Shown: positions 1 through 10,208, counted from the stretch's first letter. The stretch is 45,020 nt of DNA from Candidatus Hadarchaeum sp. (GCF_049969415.1 NZ_JBMFOX010000008.1:1-45020); one strand, 5' to 3'. Made by a program: numbers and translations. Notes: a model not told the origin generated them from the sequence alone.

Positions 1-883
1 CCGATATTTGGAAGGAAAATCTTTGTTCATGATTTTCTACAATCCCTCGACAAGGACAAGAAACTCGTTTGAATGCGGCATGACACAGCTGGGCGGTCAT
101 GCCAACTTTTTGGACCTCACGGCGAGCTGGATAGCTTCAGAGGAGATAAAGGACACGGCGGCAGTTCTGTCCCGTTACGGCCACGGTATTGCCGTTAGGT
201 GCTGTCCGGCGGGAAAGGAATACGGAACGGGGCACGACGTTATCCGCACCTATGGCAAGCATTCGACGGTCCCGGTCATCAACATGGAGGACGACAAGTT
301 TCACCCCTGCCAGGGCATGGCCGACATAATGACCATCAAGGAGAAGATGAGGAAGTTTGAGGGTAAGAAGTTCACCATGTGTTGGGCACCGGGACACGTC
401 AGGGCACCGCTGGCTGTGGCCCAGACCAATGTATTGTTGATGACTCGTTTCGGCATGGATGTTACCTTGGCCTATCCTCCTGGGTATGACTTGGATCCGG
501 AGATCATCAAAAAGGCGAAGGAGTATTCCGAAGAGGCCGGCACTGAGTTCACGATAACCAATAACGTTGAGGAGGCCTACGAAGGGGCCGATGTGGTTTA
601 TCCAAAGTCCTGGATAAACTGGAAGCTTTATCAGGAAGGCGGGTTCACGGAAAAACTGTTACCGGATTATAGAAACAAGTTCTTGAACTGGACGTGCAGG
701 CCGGAGTTGATTGACCTCTGCAACAAAAAAGCCATTTACATGCACTGCCTGCCCGCCGTGAGAGGGGAAGAGGTAGTGGACGAAGTTATCGACGGCCCTC
801 ACTCAGTGGTAATCGACCAAGCCGAAAACAGGCTACATGCACAGAAGGCCATAATGACGCTGACGATGGGTGGCGCCAGATAA
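1..883 (+). CDS. Carbamoyltransferase, YgeW/AOTCase-like (knotted) type; 5'-truncated by window edge
   Basis: STRT (YNPSTRTRNSFE), HPCQ and MHCLP motifs. It lacks the OTC DxxxSMG loop and has ADVVYPKSW and WAPGHVRAPLAVAQ..LMTRFGMDVTLAYP instead, which resemble YgeW. Confidence 0.8.
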   Translation, partial: RYLEGKSLFMIFYNPSTRTRNSFECGMTQLGGHANFLDLTASWIASEEIKDTAAVLSRYGHGIAVRCCPAGKEYGTGHDVIRTYGKHSTVPVINMEDDKFHPCQGMADIMTIKEKMRKFEGKKFTMCWAPGHVRAPLAVAQTNVLLMTRFGMDVTLAYPPGYDLDPEIIKKAKEYSEEAGTEFTITNNVEEAYEGADVVYPKSWINWKLYQEGGFTEKLLPDYRNKFLNWTCRPELIDLCNKKAIYMHCLPAVRGEEVVDEVIDGPHSVVIDQAENRLHAQKAIMTLTMGGAR

Positions 884-905
884 CTCTGGAAAAAAGGTAT
901 GTCAA

Positions 906-2288
906 ATGTTAGTGGATGCGGTGATAAAGAATTGCAGGATAGTTGGAATTGAGGGTATTTGGTCTGCCGGAATTGGCATCGAGGGAGGAAAAATAGTAGT
1001 TATCGCGAAGGACCCGAACCTGCCCGCCGCGGAAAAATGTATAGACGCCCAAGGAAAATTTGTAATCCCTGGCGTCATAGATCCCCACGTTCACTATTCC
1101 ATATACCGCCCGTACGAAGAGGACTGCAAAAGTGAGACAAGGGCCGCAGTTGCTGGAGGGATTACTACTGAAGCGCTGATGACGTGGGGCGGGATGGATA
1201 AACTAGTGGCACCTTATAAAGAAAAATTTGAAGAGGCCAAAAGGACCGTCGAGAAGCATGCCTTAGCCAACGTGGTTTTCATCGCTTGCCTGTTCACAGA
1301 TCAACATATCCGCGAAATTCCAGAATGCGCTCGTGATTTGGGCATTACGCAGTTCAAGCATTGCATGTTTTTGAAGGGTAGCGATGCCGAGGCGCTTGGT
1401 CTGCCTTCTTTCGATGATGCAAAGCTATACACCGCCCTTGAGATCGCGTCGAAATTGGGACCCCCTACCATATCGATGATTCACGCCGAAAACGTGGAGA
1501 TATACTACGGGCTGAAAGAAAGGCTGATGAAAGCAGGAAGGAAGGACCTGAAGGCTTGGACCGAGGCCAAGTCGAGCATCTGTGAGTCGGAGGCAGTAAG
1601 TCGGGTGATTGCCATCTCAGAACACCTCGGGGCCCCGATTTATCTAGTCCATATAAGTTCCAGGAAATCCCTCGATGCGATTATCCAAGCGCAAGCCAGG
1701 GGCAGCAAGATCATCGTGGAAACGTGTCCCCATTATCTGTCCCTGTCTTACAAAGATTTCCCCGATGATTACGTGCTAGCGAAGTGCAATCCACCGTTGA
1801 GAGATGAAAGGGATGTGGAAAGACTTTGGTGGGCAATTCAACGGGGATATGTTCATTGCATAGGAACGGATCACTGCGCCTCCACGGGTAAGGGCGCTCT
1901 CGACATCTGGTCGGCGCCCGCTGGTCTACCGGGTTTGGAGACGCTTCTTCCGGTGATGTTGAGTGAGGGGGTGAACAAGGGGAGGATTTCGATGGAAAAA
2001 TTGGTTGAGGTCTGTTGTCATAATCCAGCGAAAGTTTTGGGATTGTTCCCGCAGAAAGGTATGATTGCAGTCGGTTCCGATGCCGATTTGGTGGTTGTGG
2101 ATTTAAACAAGAGCAAAGTGGTGAAGGCGGATAACTTGCACACAGCATCGGACTTTACACCTTACGAGGGAAGGGAACTTAAGGGTTGGCCGGTTGTCAC
2201 TATAGTTGGAGGCAATGTCGTTGTGGAAGATGGTGAGATAGTCGGGAGGCCCGGTGTTGGGAAATATGTCCCACGAAAACTCTCCTAA
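906..2288 (+). CDS. Cyclic amidohydrolase (dihydropyrimidinase/hydantoinase/allantoinase family)
   Basis: PGVIDPHVH, FK (carboxylated Lys candidate), HAEN, VHISS, ETCPHYL, KCNPPLRD, GTDHC, GSDADLVV. ATG at 906 preferred over 870. Confidence 0.88.
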   Translation: MLVDAVIKNCRIVGIEGIWSAGIGIEGGKIVVIAKDPNLPAAEKCIDAQGKFVIPGVIDPHVHYSIYRPYEEDCKSETRAAVAGGITTEALMTWGGMDKLVAPYKEKFEEAKRTVEKHALANVVFIACLFTDQHIREIPECARDLGITQFKHCMFLKGSDAEALGLPSFDDAKLYTALEIASKLGPPTISMIHAENVEIYYGLKERLMKAGRKDLKAWTEAKSSICESEAVSRVIAISEHLGAPIYLVHISSRKSLDAIIQAQARGSKIIVETCPHYLSLSYKDFPDDYVLAKCNPPLRDERDVERLWWAIQRGYVHCIGTDHCASTGKGALDIWSAPAGLPGLETLLPVMLSEGVNKGRISMEKLVEVCCHNPAKVLGLFPQKGMIAVGSDADLVVVDLNKSKVVKADNLHTASDFTPYEGRELKGWPVVTIVGGNVVVEDGEIVGRPGVGKYVPRKLS

Positions 2289-2381
2289 CCCGTAATCAAT
2301 CTCGGTTGCAGTTAGCTAAATTTGCTATGCGGGCAGCATCATCTTTTTAAGCGATTAAACTTTAGGGACAATGGTGAAAAG

Positions 2382-4196
2382 ATGAGCAAAAATTATCTGA
2401 ACAAAAAAATTTTGAGAGTAGATCTTTCGAATAAAAAGATAAAAGAACAAACCGTTCCGCAAGATTGGTTTGGGAAATATATCGGTGGAATGGGATTTGG
2501 TATAAAAATACTGTTTGATGAGGTGAATCCTAAGGTTGATGCATTTTCTCCCGAAAACAAGCTAATTTTTTCAATCGGTCCGCTAACTGGGACGATGGCC
2601 CCGATGTTCGCCCAGACGTGTGCCGTGACGAAATCTCCGCTAACCAATGGCGCGTTGAACACCTATGCGGGCGGATTTTTCGGGGCGGAACTCGCCCGGA
2701 CGAACTACAGCACCATTGTGATTGAGGGCAGGGCTGAGAAACCGTGTTATCTGAGCGTTGAAGAAGATGGCGCTGAAATCGTTGATGCGGGAAGCCTCTG
2801 GGGAATGAAAACCATTCCAGCACAAGAGGCAATAAAAAAGGACTTAGGGAAGAATGTTCAGGTGGCATGTATTGGTCCAGCCGGCGAGAATCTCGTCAGA
2901 TTTTCCTCGATCATAGCCGGCAGAAGGGCCTTTGGAAGAGGCGGTTCGGGTTCGGTGATGGGGTCCAAAAATCTGAAAGCGGTCGCTGTTAGCGGCGGTG
3001 AAAGATTACCCGAAAATGAAAAATTGGCTGAAGCCATCAAGGAAGCAAGGGAGATATTAAAGAACGCACTTTCCCAGGAATGGCATTTGACTGCGTTATT
3101 CTCCAGATACGGAACAAACGCCGCCATGCCGTCATTAAACGAAAGGGGCATGCTTTCGACAAGAAACCACCAAGAGGGAGTCTTCGAGGGCGTGAACAAA
3201 ATAAGTGCGGAATATTTCGGGAAAAACCTCTTCGTGAAAAATGTTGCTTGCTTTGCTTGTCCAGTTGCCTGTGGCAGATTTTCAGTTGTTAAAAGCGGAC
3301 CTTATGCCGGGACGCAGACCGAGGGGCCTGAATATGAAACGATCTACGCCTTTGGGTCAAACTGCGGCATCGACAGCGCCGAGGCGATAGCTAAGGCCGA
3401 TCAACTGTGTGACGAGTACGGTATGGACACGCTATCCACTGGAGTCACGGTGTCTTTCGCGATGGAATGTTACGAGCGTGGCATAATAAATAAAAAAGAC
3501 ACGGGTGGATTGGAACTAAAGTTCGGAAACCATGAAGCCATGGTAAAGCTGGTGGAAATGATTGCCGAGCGTGAGGGTATTGGGGATCTTTTGGCCGAGG
3601 GTTCCAGAAGGGCATCGGAAAAACTGGATGTGGGATCGGAAGTTTTCGCCATGCAGGTTAAGGGCATGGAATTCGCGGCCTGGATGCCTGAGGCGATGAA
3701 GGGGATAGCCTGCACCTTCGCGACTTCTAACCGTGGAGCGTGTCACAAAAGGGCAATCATTGGCGACGAATTTTCCGGCAGGGCTGATCCTCTTGCCTAC
3801 GAGGGAAAGGGTAAGTTGACAAAGGAGATTCAGGACAAGGTGAACGCGATTTTCACCTTGGTCGGCTGTAGATTTTCTGAGTGGACCTATCCACTTGACT
3901 TGTATCTAAAACTGTTAAATGCCGCAACGGGGATGAACTTCTCGGAAAAGGATTTCATCATGGTGGGCGAAAGAATTTGGAACATGGAGAGAATTTTCAG
4001 CGGATTTACCAGAAAGGATGACAGGCTGCCCGAGAGATGTTACACCCATCCAATTCCGTCGGGTCCGCTTGCAGGAACTCTTGTTGACAGGGAAAAGTTC
4101 GAGAAAATGCTTGACGAGTATTACGAGGCACGAGGGTGGGATAAGGAAGGAAGACCCACCGAGGCGAAGCTTAGAAAGCTGTCGATTTTAACCTGA
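2382..4196 (+). CDS. aor: Tungsten-containing aldehyde:ferredoxin oxidoreductase family protein
   Basis: ILRVDLS, TKSPLT, CIGPAGENLV, GRGGxGxVMGSKNLKA, CxxCxxxC (CFACPVAC), GPEYET, DEYGMDTLS, NRGACH, YYEARGWD. Confidence 0.93.
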   Translation: MSKNYLNKKILRVDLSNKKIKEQTVPQDWFGKYIGGMGFGIKILFDEVNPKVDAFSPENKLIFSIGPLTGTMAPMFAQTCAVTKSPLTNGALNTYAGGFFGAELARTNYSTIVIEGRAEKPCYLSVEEDGAEIVDAGSLWGMKTIPAQEAIKKDLGKNVQVACIGPAGENLVRFSSIIAGRRAFGRGGSGSVMGSKNLKAVAVSGGERLPENEKLAEAIKEAREILKNALSQEWHLTALFSRYGTNAAMPSLNERGMLSTRNHQEGVFEGVNKISAEYFGKNLFVKNVACFACPVACGRFSVVKSGPYAGTQTEGPEYETIYAFGSNCGIDSAEAIAKADQLCDEYGMDTLSTGVTVSFAMECYERGIINKKDTGGLELKFGNHEAMVKLVEMIAEREGIGDLLAEGSRRASEKLDVGSEVFAMQVKGMEFAAWMPEAMKGIACTFATSNRGACHKRAIIGDEFSGRADPLAYEGKGKLTKEIQDKVNAIFTLVGCRFSEWTYPLDLYLKLLNAATGMNFSEKDFIMVGERIWNMERIFSGFTRKDDRLPERCYTHPIPSGPLAGTLVDREKFEKMLDEYYEARGWDKEGRPTEAKLRKLSILT

Positions 4197-4461
4197 CGAA
4201 TGAAATTTTTCCAACGTGAAATTCGTCTCCGCAGGCGATCATTGAGATCTCTGCGATACCTAGGGTGCTTTAAATTCAGCTCCAATAGCGTTGACAGAAG
4301 CTTTTTTCACAGGCGGCATGTGTACATCAGGCCACAAATTTCTCCACCAGTGCAAAGTTTGGCTTGCTTTACACATCTAAAAATTAATTTTTCAGCTTTT
4401 TTAAGAAAGTTTTTTCAGGAATAATAAACGAAAACCACGTTTTGAAAAATAAAGGAGTTAA

Positions 4462-4475
4462 AAAAAATTTATATA
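4462..4475 (+). promoter_or_regulatory. Archaeal BRE/TATA promoter of preA-like gene (probably leaderless)
   Basis: A-run followed by TTTATATA (4468-4475), 23 nt before the ATG at 4499; no SD. Confidence 0.55.
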
Positions 4476-4498
4476 GCAGGCGTTTTAAAGTTCTACAC

Positions 4499-5821
4499 AT
4501 GACCGACCTAAGTGTTAGCTTTATGGGAAAGGAGTTGAAGAGCCCGATTCTTCTAGCGCCGGCGATGTACAACACTTTTGTGGGCTGGTTCCCGAAGTTT
4601 GCCCACAAGATTGCCAAAGCTGGCTGGGGAGGAATTGTGGCCAAAAATATAGTTACGGACGACGTGAGGGTTGGATTCTGCAGCGAACCGGCATTGTGGA
4701 CCACCCGTATCGATACACCCGTGGGTAAGAGAATGAAAGAGGGCATGGCACTAGTGAATGCCGGGCCAGATGTCGAGTATTACTCGGAGAAAAAATTGGA
4801 CGATCCGGCTGAGGAAATGTGGAGGATTAGCAAAGAAAGGATGAAAAAGGGAATTGAAAAGGCCCACGAGGAGGGATTGGTTGTCATCGGGAACTTCTCA
4901 CCCACAGGGCCCGAAAATGCCGTAAGGATTGCTAAATTATATGAGGAGTGCGGATACGATGGACTTGAGTTCAACAGCGCCTGCCCGATGATACACGAGC
5001 TAGGGATGGGGGCCTTTGCCGTAGGCGTGTACACGGAAAAGTTACAGGAAATAGTAAAGGCAGTTAAGGAGGCCACCAGCCTCCCGCTGATGGTTAAGTT
5101 GAGTCCTCACACGCTCAGCTTCCCGGACACGGCTAGAGCGGTTGTTAAAGCTGGTGCTGATGCTGTTTCAGCCATAAACACCGTTCTGTCAATAATCGGC
5201 TTAGATGTCGAAACCGGATACCCGCTGTCGCGTTCTGCTGATGGAGGATTTTCCTCGCCGTGCGGATATTCAGGTCCACCGATTAAACCCATCGGACTAA
5301 GGGCCGTCTGGGAAATCGCCCGATCGGTGAAGACACAAGTCAGCGGCATAGGTGGGGCCCACGACTGGAAAAGCGTAGTTGAATACATGATGGTGGGAGC
5401 GACAACGGTTCAGCTCTCCACGGCGCCAATGTTCAAGGGACTTGGCGTTGGGCGGGAAATCTTGGATGGAATGATTGAGTTCATGAAGAGAAAGGGATAT
5501 ACTAGCGTACACGATTTCATCGGAATGTCAGTTTCCCGCATCGTGCCAGTCGGAGTAGCCACGTTTACTTCAGCCAAACCTGCGGTAGGCGTCGTCGATA
5601 CTGAGAAGTGTACGGGATGCAGACGCTGTGAAATAGTGTGCGATGATAACTGCTCAAGTGCGGCGAAGGTCATCGATGGAAAAGCCGTAATTGATGACAA
5701 CTTGTGCTTGGGTTGCGGGTTGTGTTCGGTGGTTTGTCCGGTGGAATGCATCAGCTACAAGCCGATAACGATGGAGAAGAAGCTCGAGATAATGAGGAAC
5801 TTCCACCGCCAAGGTGAATGA
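4499..5821 (+). CDS. Dihydropyrimidine dehydrogenase PreA-like / DHOD-family FMN enzyme with C-terminal 2x[4Fe-4S] domain
   Basis: MTDLSVSFMGKELKSPILLA, EFNSACP (catalytic Cys loop), VKLSP, SAINT, GYSGPPIKPIGL, SGIGG; C-terminal CTGCRRCEIVC and CLGCGLCSVVCP. Confidence 0.85.
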   Translation: MTDLSVSFMGKELKSPILLAPAMYNTFVGWFPKFAHKIAKAGWGGIVAKNIVTDDVRVGFCSEPALWTTRIDTPVGKRMKEGMALVNAGPDVEYYSEKKLDDPAEEMWRISKERMKKGIEKAHEEGLVVIGNFSPTGPENAVRIAKLYEECGYDGLEFNSACPMIHELGMGAFAVGVYTEKLQEIVKAVKEATSLPLMVKLSPHTLSFPDTARAVVKAGADAVSAINTVLSIIGLDVETGYPLSRSADGGFSSPCGYSGPPIKPIGLRAVWEIARSVKTQVSGIGGAHDWKSVVEYMMVGATTVQLSTAPMFKGLGVGREILDGMIEFMKRKGYTSVHDFIGMSVSRIVPVGVATFTSAKPAVGVVDTEKCTGCRRCEIVCDDNCSSAAKVIDGKAVIDDNLCLGCGLCSVVCPVECISYKPITMEKKLEIMRNFHRQGE

Positions 5822-5862
5822 ACCCATAGAGCAATCGGTTTAGCAATTCCGCTAAAAATTGG

Positions 5863-5890
5863 TGAGGCTGAGTTTTAATGCTCAGCCTCA
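5863..5890 (+). terminator. Perfect 10-bp stem-loop downstream of the preA-like gene
   Basis: TGAGGCTGAG-ttttaatg-CTCAGCCTCA; function unproven. Confidence 0.35.
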
Positions 5891-6161
5891 GCAAAATCCG
5901 TCTGATAACTGTTACGACTGGCGGCAGGAGCAAGTTGGTCTGAATCTAACAAACTGTAGATGGCTAGGTTTAGTGGGTGCTGTCAGAATTTTTCTTAAAT
6001 TCAATTTTTAAAGCAAATTCAAAAATTAACTGTCCAGTTCCCCACCGCATTTAGTGTTTTCGGCAAGGATTCGGTGTTACGGATTAAAGGGCGAGTTCTG
6101 ACATGGAAACAACTTTATTTTTGTAGGAAATCTATTAATTTAAAAAGTGAATAGTGATGCT

Positions 6162-7529
6162 ATGTCTCTGAAAAGTTTCTTTGAGCCGTCGAGCGTCGCC
6201 GTGATCGGTGCCTCGCGCGAGCCCGGTAAGCTAGGGCATGAGGTATTCAAAAACATAATCGACGCCGGTTACAAGGGAAAAATCTATCCCATCAACCCTA
6301 AAGCACCCGATGTTCTGGGTGTAAAATGTTATCCGTCCATCAAAGATGTGCCGGAAGAGGTTGAACTTGCCGTGATTATTGTCCCAGCGCGTTTTGTCCC
6401 TTCGGTGATATCCGACTGTGGTGGCAAAGGCGTCAAGGCAGCAGTGGTCATCTCTGGTGGATTTGGGGAGACGGGACCAGCGGGTGCCGAACTAGAGCGC
6501 CAGCTGGTGGAAGCCGCAAGAAAAGCCGGAATTAGAGTTGTCGGGCCAAACTGCCAAGGGGTTAACAGCACCTCAGCGGGATTATGTGCCAGCTGGCCTC
6601 TGGTTAAGACAAAAGGGCCAATCTCGGTGATCTCCCAGAGCGGCACTGTCTTAGCCGCAATAGCCTGCTGGGCTGAGGAGGAGAAGGTGGGGGTTGACAA
6701 GATAGTGGCGTTGGGGAATAAATGCGATGTCGATGAAACGGAGCTGCTCGACTATTTCTCAAACGAACCGACGACGAAAGTCATCGCCCTTTATATCGAG
6801 GGTGTCAGAGATGGAAGAAAATTTTTCAGAGTTGCGCGTGCTGCGGCCGAGAAAAAACCGATAGTGGTTTTGAAGAGCGGGAAGACGGCCAAGGGTGCCA
6901 AAGCCGTGGCGTCGCACACGCGTTCTCTGGCGGGAAAGGACGCGATTTTTGATTCTGTTTTTAAACAGGTGGGCATCCAGAGAGCCTCGAGCGTGGAGGA
7001 GCTATATGATTTCTGCAAAGCATTTGCAGGTCTGCCCACCCCATCAGGAAATAATGTGGCCATAATCACAAGCTCTGGTGGCTCCGGAATTCTGGCTCTT
7101 GACGCTAGTGAGGAACTCGGGATGAACGTGCCCGATCTTCCCGCCGAGGTCCGTGAGAGATTGAAAGAAAAGTTACCTCCCGAATGCATACTCCGGAACC
7201 CGCTTGACCTTACTGGCAGTGCGACAGCCCAAATGTATGATGAGACTCTCAATATTTTGAACGAATCGGGAGAAATTGATGCCTTTGTCGTGATTGTCGG
7301 TGACCCCATGCCAGGAATATCAGAGGTTATTTCCAAGCATGTTTCCCGAGGCAGAACCATCGTCCCGGTCATGCTGGGTGGGGGTAAGGCAGAGGCTGAG
7401 GAGAAGACCAAACTGGCGAATGCGGGAATTCCGTTGTACTCCGATCCGATCCGCGGGGTTAGGGCTTTGGCTGCCTGCGTCCGCCGCGCTCAGTGGTTGG
7501 CTTCATCCAATAAATTTGGCAATGTTTAA
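6162..7529 (+). CDS. acdA: ADP-forming acyl-CoA synthetase alpha subunit
   Basis: FFEPSSVAVIGAS, YPINPK, ISGGFGE, VVGPNCQG, ISQSG, LGNKCDV, SHT catalytic His, TSSGGSGIL, NPLDLTG. Confidence 0.9.
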   Translation: MSLKSFFEPSSVAVIGASREPGKLGHEVFKNIIDAGYKGKIYPINPKAPDVLGVKCYPSIKDVPEEVELAVIIVPARFVPSVISDCGGKGVKAAVVISGGFGETGPAGAELERQLVEAARKAGIRVVGPNCQGVNSTSAGLCASWPLVKTKGPISVISQSGTVLAAIACWAEEEKVGVDKIVALGNKCDVDETELLDYFSNEPTTKVIALYIEGVRDGRKFFRVARAAAEKKPIVVLKSGKTAKGAKAVASHTRSLAGKDAIFDSVFKQVGIQRASSVEELYDFCKAFAGLPTPSGNNVAIITSSGGSGILALDASEELGMNVPDLPAEVRERLKEKLPPECILRNPLDLTGSATAQMYDETLNILNESGEIDAFVVIVGDPMPGISEVISKHVSRGRTIVPVMLGGGKAEAEEKTKLANAGIPLYSDPIRGVRALAACVRRAQWLASSNKFGNV

Positions 7530-7575
7530 AAGTTGAAATTGCTATTTCACTACAAGCAACACGGGGGAAAGGATT

Positions 7576-9030
7576 ATGGTTGGTTTGAAAGGCGGACAGC
7601 TCGAGATACTATCTCAAGACGAGGTATGCAAAATTCATCAGAAGACAATGGAAGTTCTGGAAAAGGTTGGCGTCAAAGTGATGGAACCAAATGCTTTAAG
7701 AATTTTAAAGGAAGGCGGCGCGGAGGTGGACTTTAGGACAAATCGGGTTTTCCTTCCAGAGCATTTGGTTAAAGACGCGTTGAAGAAAGCTCCGGGAGAA
7801 TTTACCCTTCATGCCCGAAATCCAAAATATGATGTTAAAATTGAAAAGAAGCGCGTTTATTTCGGCCCAATGATTGGCCGAATTTACATCCTTGATCTTG
7901 ATACCGGGAAAAGGCGCATGACCAATTTAAAGGACGTAGAAGATTTGTGCAAAGTTGCGGACGCGATGGAGACCTACAGATTGATCCACGGCGGCGCCGT
8001 CATGCCCAACATCGACGGCGTGCCGGGAAAGGTCACCCATGTCCTCGGCTATATTGCCAGCGTTAAGAACACCTCAAAAGTGGTCAAAGCGACGGCGCGC
8101 GGCACAAAAAGGGCAAGGGACTGTTTGAAGATGGCCGCCATACTAGCAGGTGGGGAGGAAGAGCTGCGCAAGAAACCGATGATATACACCACCGTGAACC
8201 CGATCAGTCCCCTCCAGCATGCAACCGACATGACCGAGGGACTTCTGGAGTACGCCAAGATGGGACAGCCCGTTGATTTCGGCGTTGAGATTCAGGCCGG
8301 CGCTACTGGCCCCGTTACTTTGGCCGGAGTCCTCGTGCAACAGGGCGCGGAAATATTGAGTGGAGTTACCATCGCTCAACTAGTTAACCCAGGCACCCCA
8401 GTCTTCTACGGCACCTGTTCTACCATCATGGACATGAAACGCGGGCACATTGCTTTGGGCGCGATTGAGGCTGGCATCTTGAACGTGGCATCAGCGCAGA
8501 TGGCGAGGTATTACAACCTGCCCTGTCGTGGTACCGCCGGCGATACCGAGTCCAAGCTAATCGACGTTCAGAACGGTTATGAGCGGGCCATGAACTTGCT
8601 GCTGGCATCTTTGGCCGGCGTAAATTACATTTTTTATCCCGGGACTTTGGAGTCGGCCAGAACCATTAGCTTGGAGCAGTTGATCATCGATGACGAGATC
8701 TGCGGGATGATTTATCGCGTTTTGAAAGGGATCAAGGTCGATGAAGATACTTTGGCCTACGATGTTATCGCTCAAACAGGCCCTGGCGGACACTATTTGG
8801 ACAAAATGCACACGTTAAAGTATCTGATGGAAGAGCAATATTTCCCAAAGATAAGCGACCGGGAGACGCGAGAAAATTGGGAAAAGGCAGGTGCGAAGGA
8901 CCTGTGGCAGGTGGCGCGGGAGAAAGCCAAGGAGATACTCGCGAAGCATGAGCCGGATCCGCTGGATAAAGAGGTTGAGAAGCAACTGATTGAATATGCT
9001 AAAGAGGTGGAGAAACGGGAGTTAAAGTAA
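7576..9030 (+). CDS. Trimethylamine methyltransferase (MttB) superfamily, non-pyrrolysine homolog
   Basis: LSQDEVCKIHQKTMEVLEKVGV, NPISPL, GATGPVTLAG, QLVNPGTP, DMKRG, ARYYNLP, GPGGHYL; no in-frame TAG. Confidence 0.9.
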   Translation: MVGLKGGQLEILSQDEVCKIHQKTMEVLEKVGVKVMEPNALRILKEGGAEVDFRTNRVFLPEHLVKDALKKAPGEFTLHARNPKYDVKIEKKRVYFGPMIGRIYILDLDTGKRRMTNLKDVEDLCKVADAMETYRLIHGGAVMPNIDGVPGKVTHVLGYIASVKNTSKVVKATARGTKRARDCLKMAAILAGGEEELRKKPMIYTTVNPISPLQHATDMTEGLLEYAKMGQPVDFGVEIQAGATGPVTLAGVLVQQGAEILSGVTIAQLVNPGTPVFYGTCSTIMDMKRGHIALGAIEAGILNVASAQMARYYNLPCRGTAGDTESKLIDVQNGYERAMNLLLASLAGVNYIFYPGTLESARTISLEQLIIDDEICGMIYRVLKGIKVDEDTLAYDVIAQTGPGGHYLDKMHTLKYLMEEQYFPKISDRETRENWEKAGAKDLWQVAREKAKEILAKHEPDPLDKEVEKQLIEYAKEVEKRELK

Positions 9031-9115
9031 TGAGAACATTAGCACTGTGAAAGCTTGAACTGAGCCATACAAACATCTAAATATAACCTAGATGATTGGA
9101 TTAAAGGTGATATTC

Positions 9116-10150
9116 GTGTCCAAAAAAGTTGAATTTCTATATCTGAGTCAAGAGGACGTTAGGGCCGCTGGTGGCCTCGACATGAAGATGACAATGGAAG
9201 CCATTGAAAGGGCCTTTAAACTCCTCAACGCTGGTCAGGTGATAATCCCTGACAAAATTGTTATGGAGCTTCCCCCGGGAGAAAGGGAACGAGGACGGAT
9301 AAACGGCCTCGCGGCATACATCGGCGGGGATTGGGAAGTGGCCGGAATAAAGTGGATTCCCAGTTTCCCGAAAAATCCATTCCAACGCGGATTGCCTAGG
9401 GCCAGCGCACTTATTATCCTCAACGATACCCAAACGGGGTTGCCCTTAGTAGTAATGGATGGCACCATACCGAGCGCAATGAGGACTGGAGCCGTCGGCG
9501 GCGTAGGGGCAAAATATCTGGCTAGAAAAAACTCCGAAGTGCTGTGTTTGATAGGTCTGGGAGTTCAGGCAAGAACCCAAGCTATGGCGATAAAAGAGGC
9601 TTTGCCATCACTAAAGAAAATCCGTGGTTATGATAAGGCAGTGGAACGGGGGGTTGAGGGAGCTAAGGAGATTGAGAAATTAACGGGAGTTCCTACTAAA
9701 TATTTCAGCACGCCGGAGGAAGCCGTCATGGGTGCCGACGTTATCGTCACCGCGACGGTAGCCAATGAACCTATCGTCAAGGAAAAATGGGTTAAGGATG
9801 GAAGTCTTTTCATCCACATTGGTTCCTATGTTGAGGAAGAGTATGAAGTGGTTCTGAACTCGGACAAAATAGTGGTGGATGACTGGCACGTGGTAAAACA
9901 CCGCAAAACACCAGTTCTGGCAAGAATGTATGATGAAAAACTGATCACCGACAGCGACATCTACGCTAACCTTGATGAGATCGTGGCCGGGAAAAAACCC
10001 GGCAGGGAAAGCGACGATGAAAGGATCTTCTTTGCCCCGATAGGAATGGCACACGAAGACGTTGCCGTGGCCTCCATGATATACGAAAGGGCCAAGCGCG
10101 AGGGAATCGGAAAAACTTTGACGCTCTGGAATGAACCAATCTGGATTTAG
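9116..10150 (+). CDS. Ornithine cyclodeaminase/mu-crystallin family protein (SbnB-like)
   Basis: GIKWIPSFPKN, RASALIILND..TGLP, SAMRTGA, IGLGVQA, ADVIVTAT, GMAHEDVA; GTG start after AAGGTGA. Confidence 0.88.
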   Translation: MSKKVEFLYLSQEDVRAAGGLDMKMTMEAIERAFKLLNAGQVIIPDKIVMELPPGERERGRINGLAAYIGGDWEVAGIKWIPSFPKNPFQRGLPRASALIILNDTQTGLPLVVMDGTIPSAMRTGAVGGVGAKYLARKNSEVLCLIGLGVQARTQAMAIKEALPSLKKIRGYDKAVERGVEGAKEIEKLTGVPTKYFSTPEEAVMGADVIVTATVANEPIVKEKWVKDGSLFIHIGSYVEEEYEVVLNSDKIVVDDWHVVKHRKTPVLARMYDEKLITDSDIYANLDEIVAGKKPGRESDDERIFFAPIGMAHEDVAVASMIYERAKREGIGKTLTLWNEPIWI

Positions 10151-10208
10151 GCCGATTTCGTCGTCGGCTGTGAGTCTTAATTATGTTTGTCTTACTTTTT
10201 AGACCTTT

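Noticed and set aside
1-883. Annotation as ordinary argF (OTCase)
   Set aside because: The ornithine-binding DxxxSMG motif is replaced by YPKSW, and the context is catabolic.
4197-4498. ORF 4200-4424 and AT-rich tract
   Set aside because: No protein-like signal; better explained as terminator/promoter DNA.
7576-9030. Pyrrolysine-containing MttB
   Set aside because: No in-frame TAG; the ORF is continuous and full length.
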